Source: Acidimicrobiales bacterium (GTDB lineage: Bacteria > Actinomycetota > Acidimicrobiia > Acidimicrobiales > RAAP-2). Taken from it: a stretch of 33,945 nucleotides of DNA. Each line of letters begins with the position of its first letter. Position 1 is the first letter of the stretch. The stretch spans positions 1-33,945 of the forward strand of contig DASZJN010000259.1 in the NCBI GenBank assembly GCA_035948045.1. The letters run 5' to 3'. The translations under genes were made by a program, and so were the position numbers. Under the pieces are notes generated by a model. The model did no database searches, was not told where the DNA came from, and saw only the letters and a program-made list of their open reading frames with translations. Positions 16,135 through 24,344 of this stretch are shown here, piece by piece.

Positions 16135-16159
16135 CCCCACGATCCATCGGTGCGTGGGG
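16135..16159. terminator. stem-loop between convergent ACAD genes
   Basis: CCCCACG (16135-16141) pairs with CGTGGGG (16153-16159), giving a 7-bp GC-rich stem that can extend with a bulge. It sits in the 63-bp gap between stops at 16104 and 16168. Confidence 0.35.
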
Positions 16160-16167
16160 CCTGGTGC

Positions 16168-18387
16168 TTACATCCCGGGTTCGGGATCGCGGGGAAGACC
16201 GAGCAGGCGCTCGGCGATCACGTTGCGTTGGATCTCACTGGTCCCACCGGCGATGGTGAGGCATCTGGTGACCAGAAAGCCGTGGGCCCACCGCTTGGCG
16301 TAGCCGTCGAGGGCGGCGCCTTCGGGGCCGAACATGGCCAATCCCATCTCCTGTACCCGTTGCTCGTGCTCGGCCCCCAGCAACTTCCGCACGCTCGTTC
16401 CCGGCCCGGGGTCGGTGCCGGCGAGAGTCCGCAGCATGGAACGGTGGGCGACGAGGCCGAGTGACTGCGCCTCGACCAGGAGCGAGGCGAGCTTGAGCAT
16501 GGTGCCCGCCGACACCGGCTGGGTCTGTCGTTGGGTCAGATGGAGCAGGGACTCGACGCCGATGCCGAAGGTCGATCCCGACGACATCGACACCCGTTCG
16601 TTGGCCAGGGTGGCGCGGGCCATCTTCCAACCCTCGCCCTCCCCTCCGATGACGCAGTCGTCGGGCACGAACAGGTCATCGATGAAGACCTCGTTGAACA
16701 TGGCGTCCCCGGTGATCTCCCGCAGGGGCCGGATGTCCAGCCCCCGGGAGCGCATGTCGACGATGAAGTAGGTGATGCCCTCGTGCTTGGGAACGGTGGG
16801 GTCGGTCCGGGCCAGGCAGATCCCCCAGTCCGATTCGAGGGCCATCGACGTCCAGACCTTCTGGCCGTTGAGCAGCCATCCGCCGTCGGTCCGCTCTGCC
16901 CTGGTGGTCAGGCTGGCCAGATCGGATCCGGCGCCGGGTTCCGAGAAGAGCTGGCACCACTTCAACTCGCCGAGCAGTGTCGGGCGGACCCACCGCAGGC
17001 GCTGCTCCTCGGATCCGTGGGCGATGATCACCGGCAGGGCCCAGGCCCCGACCCCGAGGTGGGGTCGCAGGACGCCGGCCTCGGCCAAGTCTGCGTCGAT
17101 CACCAGCTGCTCGACGGCGGAGGAGTCCCGTCCCCACGGGGTCGGCCAGTGGGGAACCACCAACCCGGCATCCACCAGAGCCCGCCTCCGGTCCTGGCCC
17201 TCCGACTCCCGCAGCGTCCCGAGCACCGGCGCCAGCTCCGAGCGGACCCGGTCCGCCTCCTCGGGAAGATCGGTGGTCAGGGCCCGACGCACGCCCCGGA
17301 GGGCCAACCCCACCACCTCGGTCAGATAGCCCTCGGGCCCACCGAGCAACTGGCGGGCGGCCAACGCCCGGCGCAGATGGAGATGGGCATCGTGGTCCCA
17401 GGTGAAGCCGATGCCGCCCAGGAGTTGCACACAGTCCTTGGCGCTGTCGACGCACCCGTCGAACACCAGGGCGCCGGCGGTGCCGACGGCCAGCGCCGTC
17501 TCGTCGGACGGGCCCGACGCCGCGGCCAGGGCTGCGTCCCAAGCCACGGCGGTGATCTGCTCCGTCCGGACCAGCATGTCGGCCAGCCGGTGCTTCACCG
17601 CCTGGAACTGCCCGATCGGACGTCCGAACTGCTCGCGCACCTTGGCGTACTCGGCGGCTGTCTCGAGGCACCACCGCGCCCCCCCGGTGAGCTCGGCCGC
17701 ACCTAGGGCGACCACGAGTTCGTGCACCCGCTCACCGGTGACGGAACGGAGCTGGCGTTGGGCGGCGACGGTCACGGACTCGGCCACGATCGTGCCCACC
17801 CGCCGGGTCGGATCGAGGCTCTCGAGCGGGCCCGCCTGCGCCGCTCCCCCACCCGTGCCCACGTCGAGGAGGCACCAGACCGCCGGTTCGTCACCGTCCC
17901 GCGCCGGCACCAGCACCAGCGAGGCCGTCGAGGCACCCAACACCGGTCGGAGGGCACCGGAGACCACCAGGCTGCCGTCGTCCCCGCGGCTGACGATGTC
18001 GAGATGGGAGGATCCGGAGTAGACGGCCCCGGCGACACTCCCGTCAACCAGCCCCGGCAACAGGTCGGCGGCCTGGTCGTCCGTGCCGGCCTCGGCCAGG
18101 GCGGCGGACAGGGTGACGGTGGGGAGGAGGGGCCCGGGAAACAGGAAACGGCCCGACTGCTCGAGCACGACCGCCAGCTCGAAGAGACCGTAGCCCTGGC
18201 CACCCCACCGCTCCGGGATGTGGAGCCCGAGCCAACCCTGGGCGGCGAACTCCTTCCACACCGGTTGCAGCACCTCGTCCTCGGCATCGAGCAGGGCCCG
18301 CGGGACGTCGGGCGGACAATGGGCGTCGAGCCAGCGACGCGAGGTGGCCCGGAGGGCCTCGTGCTCCTCGGAGATGGCCAGTGACAT
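16168..18387 (-). CDS. fused two-domain acyl-CoA dehydrogenase (beta-type N-terminal half + alpha-type C-terminal half)
   Basis: 739-aa ORF starting at ATG 18387. The N-terminal half has LLGGIGFTWDHDAHLHLRR and no SEP/HER motifs. The C-terminal half has LFSEPGAGSDLASL, GWKMARATLANERV and AGGTSEIQRNVIAERLLG. Confidence 0.92.
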   Translation of the reverse strand: MSLAISEEHEALRATSRRWLDAHCPPDVPRALLDAEDEVLQPVWKEFAAQGWLGLHIPERWGGQGYGLFELAVVLEQSGRFLFPGPLLPTVTLSAALAEAGTDDQAADLLPGLVDGSVAGAVYSGSSHLDIVSRGDDGSLVVSGALRPVLGASTASLVLVPARDGDEPAVWCLLDVGTGGGAAQAGPLESLDPTRRVGTIVAESVTVAAQRQLRSVTGERVHELVVALGAAELTGGARWCLETAAEYAKVREQFGRPIGQFQAVKHRLADMLVRTEQITAVAWDAALAAASGPSDETALAVGTAGALVFDGCVDSAKDCVQLLGGIGFTWDHDAHLHLRRALAARQLLGGPEGYLTEVVGLALRGVRRALTTDLPEEADRVRSELAPVLGTLRESEGQDRRRALVDAGLVVPHWPTPWGRDSSAVEQLVIDADLAEAGVLRPHLGVGAWALPVIIAHGSEEQRLRWVRPTLLGELKWCQLFSEPGAGSDLASLTTRAERTDGGWLLNGQKVWTSMALESDWGICLARTDPTVPKHEGITYFIVDMRSRGLDIRPLREITGDAMFNEVFIDDLFVPDDCVIGGEGEGWKMARATLANERVSMSSGSTFGIGVESLLHLTQRQTQPVSAGTMLKLASLLVEAQSLGLVAHRSMLRTLAGTDPGPGTSVRKLLGAEHEQRVQEMGLAMFGPEGAALDGYAKRWAHGFLVTRCLTIAGGTSEIQRNVIAERLLGLPRDPEPGM

Positions 18388-18398
18388 GGTCGAGCCTT

Positions 18399-18412
18399 TC
18401 GAACCGGTTGAT
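18399..18412. promoter_or_regulatory. KstR-like palindrome (TnnAACnnGTTnnA, 7 of 8 constrained positions) upstream of the fused ACAD
   Basis: TCGAACCGGTTGAT has the perfect 8-bp core AACCGGTT and begins 12 nt upstream of ATG 18387. It could occur by chance; see the findings. Confidence 0.2.
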
Positions 18413-18518
18413 CGGGGGCCAGTGTCCCATCGGTCCCACCGTCCCGCCGGGACAGCACGGCGGCGGTCGGCGTGGGCCCCCTCGACGACATCCTGTCATC
18501 TGGGAGTTCACCGCGCAC

Positions 18519-20051
18519 CTAGGGCGACGGGGCGGCTCCACCCTCGGGACGGTGGGCCTGGCGCAGCAGCCGCTTCAGGACCTTTCCGTTCTGGTCGCGG
18601 GGGAGCTCGTCGACCACCTCCCACACGCGGGGGACCTTGTACCCGGCCAGCCTGTGGCGGACGTGGGCCTCCAGCTCGCCGACCTCGACGCTCCGGCGCA
18701 GCTGCACCATGGCCTTCAGACGCTCGCCGTCGCGCTCGTCGGGGATGCCGAAGACGGCACAGTCGACCACCTCGGGGTGTTCGTAGAGGGCCTCCTCGAT
18801 CTCGCGAGGGGCGATGTTGACGCCGCCCCACAGCACCATGTCCGAGACGCGGTCGGTGATGGTGAGGTAGCCGTCCTCGTCGAGGTGCCCGATATCCCCG
18901 ACGGTGAAGGCGTCGTCCCGCCAGGCGCCGGCGGTGGCGGCATCGTCGTTGCGATAGGAGAACCGGACGCCCCCCGCAGGCCGGATGTACACCAGTCCGG
19001 TCTCCCCGGTGGCCTTGGCCGAACCGTCCTCGCCCAGGATGCGGATCTCGACGCCGGGCCACGGTCGGCCGACGCTGCCGGGATGGGTCCGCCACTCCTC
19101 CGGGGAGATCTTGGTGGCCCCGCCTTCGCTGGCTCCGTACAGCTCATGGATCTCCGTATCGGGAAAGGCCTCCATCATCCGGGTTTTCACCACGATGGGG
19201 CAGGGCGCGGCGGCGTGCACGATCAGCTTGAAGCTGGAGAGGTCGATGGCAACCCGCTCCTCCTCGGGGATCTCGAGGATCCTGATGAAGTGGGCCGGCA
19301 CCATGAACGACCGGGTGCCGCGGGTCCGGCTCACCTCGGCCAGCCACGACCTCGCCTCGAAGTGATCGGTGATGACGGTGGCGGCGCCGATGTAGAGGGC
19401 GCACAGGGCCCAGCCGCAGTGGGCGGCGTGGTACGACGGGCCGCTCATGACATAGACGTCGTCGGGGGTCCAACCCCACAGGGCAACCTGGCCCTCGGTC
19501 CCCCGGCGGCGGCCGGCGGCGTTGGCCAGGGCGCCGTGCACCACCCCTTTGGGTCGGGCCGTGGTGCCGGAGGTGTAGAAGATCAGCCCGGGCCCGGAGC
19601 CGCTGTCGGCGTCGGGCAGCGGTGGGGCAGCGGCGACGGCACGTTCGTAGTCCCCCCCCACCAGGAGGAGGGGGAGGTCGCGCTCTGCCATGGCCCCGTT
19701 CAGGGCGTCCTCGAACTCGGTGTGACCCACGACCACGGCCACGTCGGCATCGGTGAAGATGTAGGCCAGCTCCCCGGCCTTCAGGTGCCAGTTCACCGGC
19801 AGGTACGGGGCGTCGAGCATGGCGGCCGCGGTGGCCACCTCGAACTGTTCCGCCCCATTGGGGAGCACAGTGGCCACCGGGTGCCCGGGCCCGGCGCCCT
19901 TGTCGGCCAGGACGGAGGCCAGCCGGCTGGCCCGGTCGTCGAGCTCACCGTAGGTATGGATGACGTCGCCCACGATGATCGCCGGTCGGTCAGGCCCGTT
20001 GCGGGCATGGGTGGTGACCCCGCGCGGCTCGGCAGAGGTCGGGTCGTCCAT
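18519..20051 (-). CDS. AMP-dependent acyl-CoA synthetase/ligase
   Basis: The ORF is trimmed to ATG 20051 (MDDPTSAEPRG...). Motifs are the AMP-binding IFYTSGTTARPKGV, YGASEGG, GDIGHLDEDGYLTITDR and the C-terminal PRDQNGKVLKR. Confidence 0.92.
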   Translation of the reverse strand: MDDPTSAEPRGVTTHARNGPDRPAIIVGDVIHTYGELDDRASRLASVLADKGAGPGHPVATVLPNGAEQFEVATAAAMLDAPYLPVNWHLKAGELAYIFTDADVAVVVGHTEFEDALNGAMAERDLPLLLVGGDYERAVAAAPPLPDADSGSGPGLIFYTSGTTARPKGVVHGALANAAGRRRGTEGQVALWGWTPDDVYVMSGPSYHAAHCGWALCALYIGAATVITDHFEARSWLAEVSRTRGTRSFMVPAHFIRILEIPEEERVAIDLSSFKLIVHAAAPCPIVVKTRMMEAFPDTEIHELYGASEGGATKISPEEWRTHPGSVGRPWPGVEIRILGEDGSAKATGETGLVYIRPAGGVRFSYRNDDAATAGAWRDDAFTVGDIGHLDEDGYLTITDRVSDMVLWGGVNIAPREIEEALYEHPEVVDCAVFGIPDERDGERLKAMVQLRRSVEVGELEAHVRHRLAGYKVPRVWEVVDELPRDQNGKVLKRLLRQAHRPEGGAAPSP

Positions 20052-20055
20052 GGTC

Positions 20056-20073
20056 GGCGACGCTAGCGCCGCC
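20056..20073. promoter_or_regulatory. 18-bp near-perfect palindrome in the ligase/amine-oxidase divergent region
   Basis: GGCGACGCTAGCGCCGCC has 16 of 18 positions self-complementary, centred on CTAG. It lies 5 nt from the ligase start in the 88-bp divergent intergenic region. Confidence 0.3.
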
Positions 20074-20139
20074 AAGCTCAGGTGCGCACGGAGCGTGGCA
20101 CCACGGATCGGGGCCCACCAGTCCGGTACGGTTGCGGCC

Positions 20140-22053
20140 ATGACTGAGCTGGACGGAGCAGTGGGTACCGCCGTCCACCCCCTCGAGCCCCTGACCGCGG
20201 ACGAGATACGAGGGTCGGTGGCGGTGGTTCGGGCGGACGGTCGAATCGACAAGCGGGCCCGGTTCGCCACCATCACCCTCGAGCCCCCCTCCAAAGAAGT
20301 GGTGGCCGCCCACCGCCCGGGCGACCAGGTGCGACGGCTGGTCCGACTCATCATCGTGCCCGGCACCGACAGCACCGTCATCGAGGCAGTGGTGGCCGTT
20401 CCGGCCCAGGAGCTGGTGTCATGGGTGGAGCGGCTCGATGTCCGCCCCGCCCTCCTGTTCGACGATTCGCTCCGCTCGATCGTGGCCCTGGCAGAGGATC
20501 CGGACTGGCAAGAGGCCATGCGGCGGCGGGGCATCACCGACTTCGACAAGGTCCAGATCGATCCGTGGCCCACCGGCAACTTCGGCCGGGCGATCGAGGA
20601 GAACCGCCGTATCACCCGGTGCCTGTCCTATTACCGCGAGGACCCCACCGACAACGGATACGCCCGGCCCATCGAAGGGGTGATCGCCACCGTCGACGGC
20701 GGTAGCGGGGAGGTCCTCGAGGTCCTCGACTACGGGATCGTCCCCCTTCCCGTCGAGACCGGCGGCTACTTTGCCGAGGACCACCAGCCGTTGCGAACCG
20801 ACCTGCGGCCCCTCGAGATCGTCCAGCCGGAAGGGCCCAGCTACACCATCGAGTCCAACCTGATCCGCTGGCAGCGCTGGTCCCTGCGGGTGTCGATGGA
20901 TCCCAACGACGGCTTGGTCCTGCACACCGTCGGCTACGGCGACGGAGACCGGGTGCGACCGGTCCTGAACCGGGCCTCGATCACCGAGATGGTCGTCCCC
21001 TACGGCGATCCGGGCCCACTGCACGGATGGAAGAACGCCTTCGATGCCGGCGAGTGGGGCCTAGGTCGGATGGTCAACTCCCTCGCCCTGGGCTGCGACT
21101 GCCTCGGGGAAGTGTCCTACCTCGACGCCACGTTCGCCACTGAGCGCGGGGAGCCGTACGTGGTGGAGAACGCGGTGTGCATCCACGAGGAGGACTACGG
21201 CATCCTCTGGAAGCACCAGGACCAGCGCATCGGGCGCACCGAGGTGCGGAGGTCGCGGCGTCTGGTGGTCTCCTCCATCTCCACCGTCGGGAACTACGAG
21301 TACGGCTTCTACTGGTATTTCTATCTCGACGGCAGCATTCAACTCGAGGTGAAGCTGACCGGCATCCTCTCGACGCAGGCCATGGCTCCCGATGAGCGCT
21401 CTCCCTTCGCACCTGCGATCGCCCCGGGACTGGCCGCCCCGGTGCACCAGCACCTGTTCTGCGCCCGGCTCGATGTGGAAGTGGACGGGCCACTGAACGA
21501 GGTCTTCGAGGTCTCCACCGAGCCACTCCCGCCGGGGGATGACAATCCGTGGTCCAACGGATTCGTCCCGGTGGCCCGGAGACTCGACTCCGAGCTCGAG
21601 GCCCGGCGCGACATCGACCCGGCCTCGGGCCGCTTCTGGAAGTTCGTCAACCCCGGTGTCAGCAATCGGTTGGGCGAGCCCGTCGCCTACAAGCTGCTTC
21701 CGTCATCCACTCCCACGCTGCTGGCGCACCCCGAGTCCAGTGTGGGCCGACGGGCGGGATTCGCCCGCCACAACCTCTGGGTGACCCCGTTCGCAGCTTC
21801 CGAGCGCCGAGGTGCCGGCGACTATCCCAACCAGCACGCCGGGGGCGACGGGCTGCCTCGTTGGACAGCGCAGGACCGTCCCCTGATCGACACCGACATC
21901 GTGGCGTGGCACACCTTCGGCGTGACCCACATCCCCCGGCCCGAGGACTGGCCGGTGATGCCCGTTGAGTACTGCGGGTTCCACCTCGTCCCGGTGGGAT
22001 TCTTCGACGCCAACCCCGCCCTCGACGTCCCTCCGCCCGAAGCCTGCCACTGA
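20140..22053 (+). CDS. copper-containing primary amine oxidase (topaquinone enzyme)
   Basis: ATG 20140 (MTELDGAVG...), 637 aa. It has the TPQ precursor motif TVGNYEYGFYWYF, copper-ligand histidines in APVHQHLF and HTFGVTHIPRPEDWPVMP, and WKNAFDAGEWGLG. Confidence 0.93.
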   Translation: MTELDGAVGTAVHPLEPLTADEIRGSVAVVRADGRIDKRARFATITLEPPSKEVVAAHRPGDQVRRLVRLIIVPGTDSTVIEAVVAVPAQELVSWVERLDVRPALLFDDSLRSIVALAEDPDWQEAMRRRGITDFDKVQIDPWPTGNFGRAIEENRRITRCLSYYREDPTDNGYARPIEGVIATVDGGSGEVLEVLDYGIVPLPVETGGYFAEDHQPLRTDLRPLEIVQPEGPSYTIESNLIRWQRWSLRVSMDPNDGLVLHTVGYGDGDRVRPVLNRASITEMVVPYGDPGPLHGWKNAFDAGEWGLGRMVNSLALGCDCLGEVSYLDATFATERGEPYVVENAVCIHEEDYGILWKHQDQRIGRTEVRRSRRLVVSSISTVGNYEYGFYWYFYLDGSIQLEVKLTGILSTQAMAPDERSPFAPAIAPGLAAPVHQHLFCARLDVEVDGPLNEVFEVSTEPLPPGDDNPWSNGFVPVARRLDSELEARRDIDPASGRFWKFVNPGVSNRLGEPVAYKLLPSSTPTLLAHPESSVGRRAGFARHNLWVTPFAASERRGAGDYPNQHAGGDGLPRWTAQDRPLIDTDIVAWHTFGVTHIPRPEDWPVMPVEYCGFHLVPVGFFDANPALDVPPPEACH

Positions 22054-22069
22054 GCCGGAGCCCACCCGG

Positions 22070-22088
22070 CCGCTCGCGTTCCGAGCGG
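22070..22088. terminator. stem-loop between the convergent amine oxidase and ACAD genes
   Basis: CCGCTCG-cgttc-CGAGCGG gives a perfect 7-bp stem and a 5-nt loop, within the 35-bp gap between stops at 22053 and 22089. Confidence 0.4.
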
Positions 22089-23183
22089 TCAGTCCGCGTC
22101 CACCAACATCGCCGCCAACCGCTTGCGGTGGGTGGCGTGGCCACCGAGCAACACGTCGTTCTGCTTGGCCCGCTTGAAGAGGAAATGGGCGTCGGACGCC
22201 CAGGTGAAGCCCACTCCCCCGTGGAGCTGGATGTCCTCCCCAGTCACCTTCACCGCCGCCTCGGTGGTGTAGCCGGCGGCCATGGCCGCCGACCGCTGGC
22301 GACGGGGATCCTCGGCGTCGGACGCCCAGGCCGCGAACTGCACGGCCACCCTGGCCATCTCGATCTGGTGGAACATGTCGACGATCTTGTGCTTGACCAC
22401 CTGGAACGACGCCACCGGCCGATCGAAGACCACCCGCTCCCTGGTGTAGCCGATGGCCAACTCCAACGCTCGGTCTGCCGTCCCCAGTGTCTCCGATGAC
22501 AGTGCCACTGCCGTGTCGTCCATGACGCGGCGCCAGATCGAGGTCTGGCTCCCTCCCGGCCCGATGGGCATACACGGACGATCGTGCAGCTCGAGGCGCG
22601 CCACCTTGCGGAGCGGGTCGAGCGCCGGGACCGGCTCGCCGTCGGGATGCTCGACCAGGAAGGCGCGCCGACCCTGCTCGGAGCCGGCGACGACGATGAC
22701 CCAGTCCGCGGTGTGGCCGTCCAGCACCAGTGGCTTCAGCCCGTCCAGGACCCATCCGGCGCCCTTCCGGCGGGCGCGGGTGCGCACCGTCTCCAGCGGG
22801 TCGCCGTGGCCGGACTCGTGCAGGGCCACCGTGCCCCGAGTCCGTCCGGCGGCGAGGTCGGCCAGCAGATCGTCGGCTCCGAGGGCGCGGGCGGCCAGGG
22901 TGGCGAACACCGCTGAGGAGAAGAAGGGGCCCGGCAACGGCACCCGCCCTGTCTCGTAGAGGACGATGCACAGCTCGGCCAGGCCGGCCCCGGCCCCACC
23001 AGCCTCCTCGGGTACGACCAGACCGGTCCAGCCCAGATCGACCAGCTTCGCCCACAGGCCGGCGTCCACGCCGTCGGGATCATCGGCCATCTGGCGCAAC
23101 AGCGCGCCCCCGATCTCGCGGTCCATGGCCTGCCTGGCCACGTCGCGGAGCACCTCCTGTTCGGTGTCGTACGTGAAGTCCAT
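22089..23183 (-). CDS. acyl-CoA dehydrogenase family protein, beta-type subunit
   Basis: 364-aa ORF beginning MDFTYDTEQEVLRD... It has LHGGVGFTWASDAHFLFKR but lacks the SEPxxGSDLA and HER motifs. Confidence 0.88.
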   Translation of the reverse strand: MDFTYDTEQEVLRDVARQAMDREIGGALLRQMADDPDGVDAGLWAKLVDLGWTGLVVPEEAGGAGAGLAELCIVLYETGRVPLPGPFFSSAVFATLAARALGADDLLADLAAGRTRGTVALHESGHGDPLETVRTRARRKGAGWVLDGLKPLVLDGHTADWVIVVAGSEQGRRAFLVEHPDGEPVPALDPLRKVARLELHDRPCMPIGPGGSQTSIWRRVMDDTAVALSSETLGTADRALELAIGYTRERVVFDRPVASFQVVKHKIVDMFHQIEMARVAVQFAAWASDAEDPRRQRSAAMAAGYTTEAAVKVTGEDIQLHGGVGFTWASDAHFLFKRAKQNDVLLGGHATHRKRLAAMLVDAD

Positions 23184-23369
23184 GCGCTCCGTGGCCTCGC
23201 CTTTCCCCCATGGTCAGTGATCGCAATGGGCACCGCGGAGGCGACGCCACCCTGACAGGGACGTCAGTGTAGACCCGACCCCGGACAAGCACGGGAGCGT
23301 CACCGCCAGGTCGTCGCCGGGCCGGACGTCCCGTCCCGAGGCCGCCCCTCGTACACTGGCCGAACCGCC

Positions 23370-24314
23370 ATGGTCTATCTGTTCGCACTCTCAGGCGCAC
23401 TCTCCAACGCACTGGTGAGCGTCCTCCAGCGCATGGGCGTGGAGGACGCCAAGGAGGACGACACCCTCAGACTGAGCCTGTTGGCCCATGCCGTGCGGCG
23501 CGGGGTGTGGTTGGCCGGCTTCGCCTTCATGATCGCAGCCTTTCTCTTCCAGGCGCTGGCTCTCCACGTGGGCGACCTCACCGAGGTTCAGCCCATCATG
23601 GTCACCGAGCTCCTGTTCCTGGTGTTCATCCTCTCGACCTGGTTCGGCTACCGGTCCGGGCCACGCGAGTGGTTGGGCGTATTGCTGGCTTCGGCGGGCC
23701 TGTCCGGGTTCCTGGCCTTCTCGGCGCCGACCGGAGGGGACGGGGTGCCGGGAACCCTGGGATGGGTGATCGTCGGGGCGTCGTGCACGGTGGGCATGGC
23801 CGTGACCGTGATGCTCGCCCTCCGAGGCCCGCGGTGGTGGCGCGCCGCCATGTTCGGAGCGGCGTCGGCCATCGGCTACGCCTTCACCGCGTCCCTGACC
23901 AAGGTGGTGTCCCACTTCGTGGCCATGGACTGGACGAGCATCTTCTCGCACTGGGAGACCTACGCCCTGTGCATCTTCGGGGCCGTTTCGGTCTTCCTGA
24001 CCCAGAATGCATTCCACGCCGGGCCGATCGGTGCCTCCCAGGCCGCCCTGGTGCTGGTCGACCCACTGGTGAGCATCGTCATCGGCATCACGCTGTTCGG
24101 TGACAACCTCCAGACCAATGGCGCCCGCGGGCCCCTCGAAGCCGTGTCGCTCCTCTTCCTGATCGTGGGCGGCTTCGTGCTCTCGAACTCCGCGGCGGTG
24201 TCCATGTTGAAGGGCGACGAGGGGCCAGCCGGTGATCTCCTGACTCCGCGACTGCACGCTCATCGCGTGCCTGCGGCGCACCCTGACGCAGTGCCGCCGG
24301 GGCTCACCCCCTGA
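23370..24314 (+). CDS. polytopic membrane protein, DMT (drug/metabolite transporter)-like
   Basis: 314-aa ORF with about 9-10 hydrophobic segments, for example WLAGFAFMIAAFLFQALAL, VTELLFLVFILSTWF and LLFLIVGGFVLSN, plus a hydrophilic C-terminal tail. The family assignment is by general resemblance only. Confidence 0.7.
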   Translation: MVYLFALSGALSNALVSVLQRMGVEDAKEDDTLRLSLLAHAVRRGVWLAGFAFMIAAFLFQALALHVGDLTEVQPIMVTELLFLVFILSTWFGYRSGPREWLGVLLASAGLSGFLAFSAPTGGDGVPGTLGWVIVGASCTVGMAVTVMLALRGPRWWRAAMFGAASAIGYAFTASLTKVVSHFVAMDWTSIFSHWETYALCIFGAVSVFLTQNAFHAGPIGASQAALVLVDPLVSIVIGITLFGDNLQTNGARGPLEAVSLLFLIVGGFVLSNSAAVSMLKGDEGPAGDLLTPRLHAHRVPAAHPDAVPPGLTP

Positions 24315-24344
24315 GCGGCGGAGGCGTTCGCTACACTCACGTCC

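Noticed and set aside
3117-22053. Long N-terminal extensions of real genes in the ORF track: 3117..4556, 4267..5607, 9671..12223, 12040..13602, 13695..15359, 14299..16104, 18519..20615, 19960..22053.
   Set aside because: The extensions overlap neighbouring well-supported genes, are compositionally junk, and precede internal starts that restore canonical N-termini, often with an SD sequence or stop/start overlaps. I trimmed them to the internal starts.
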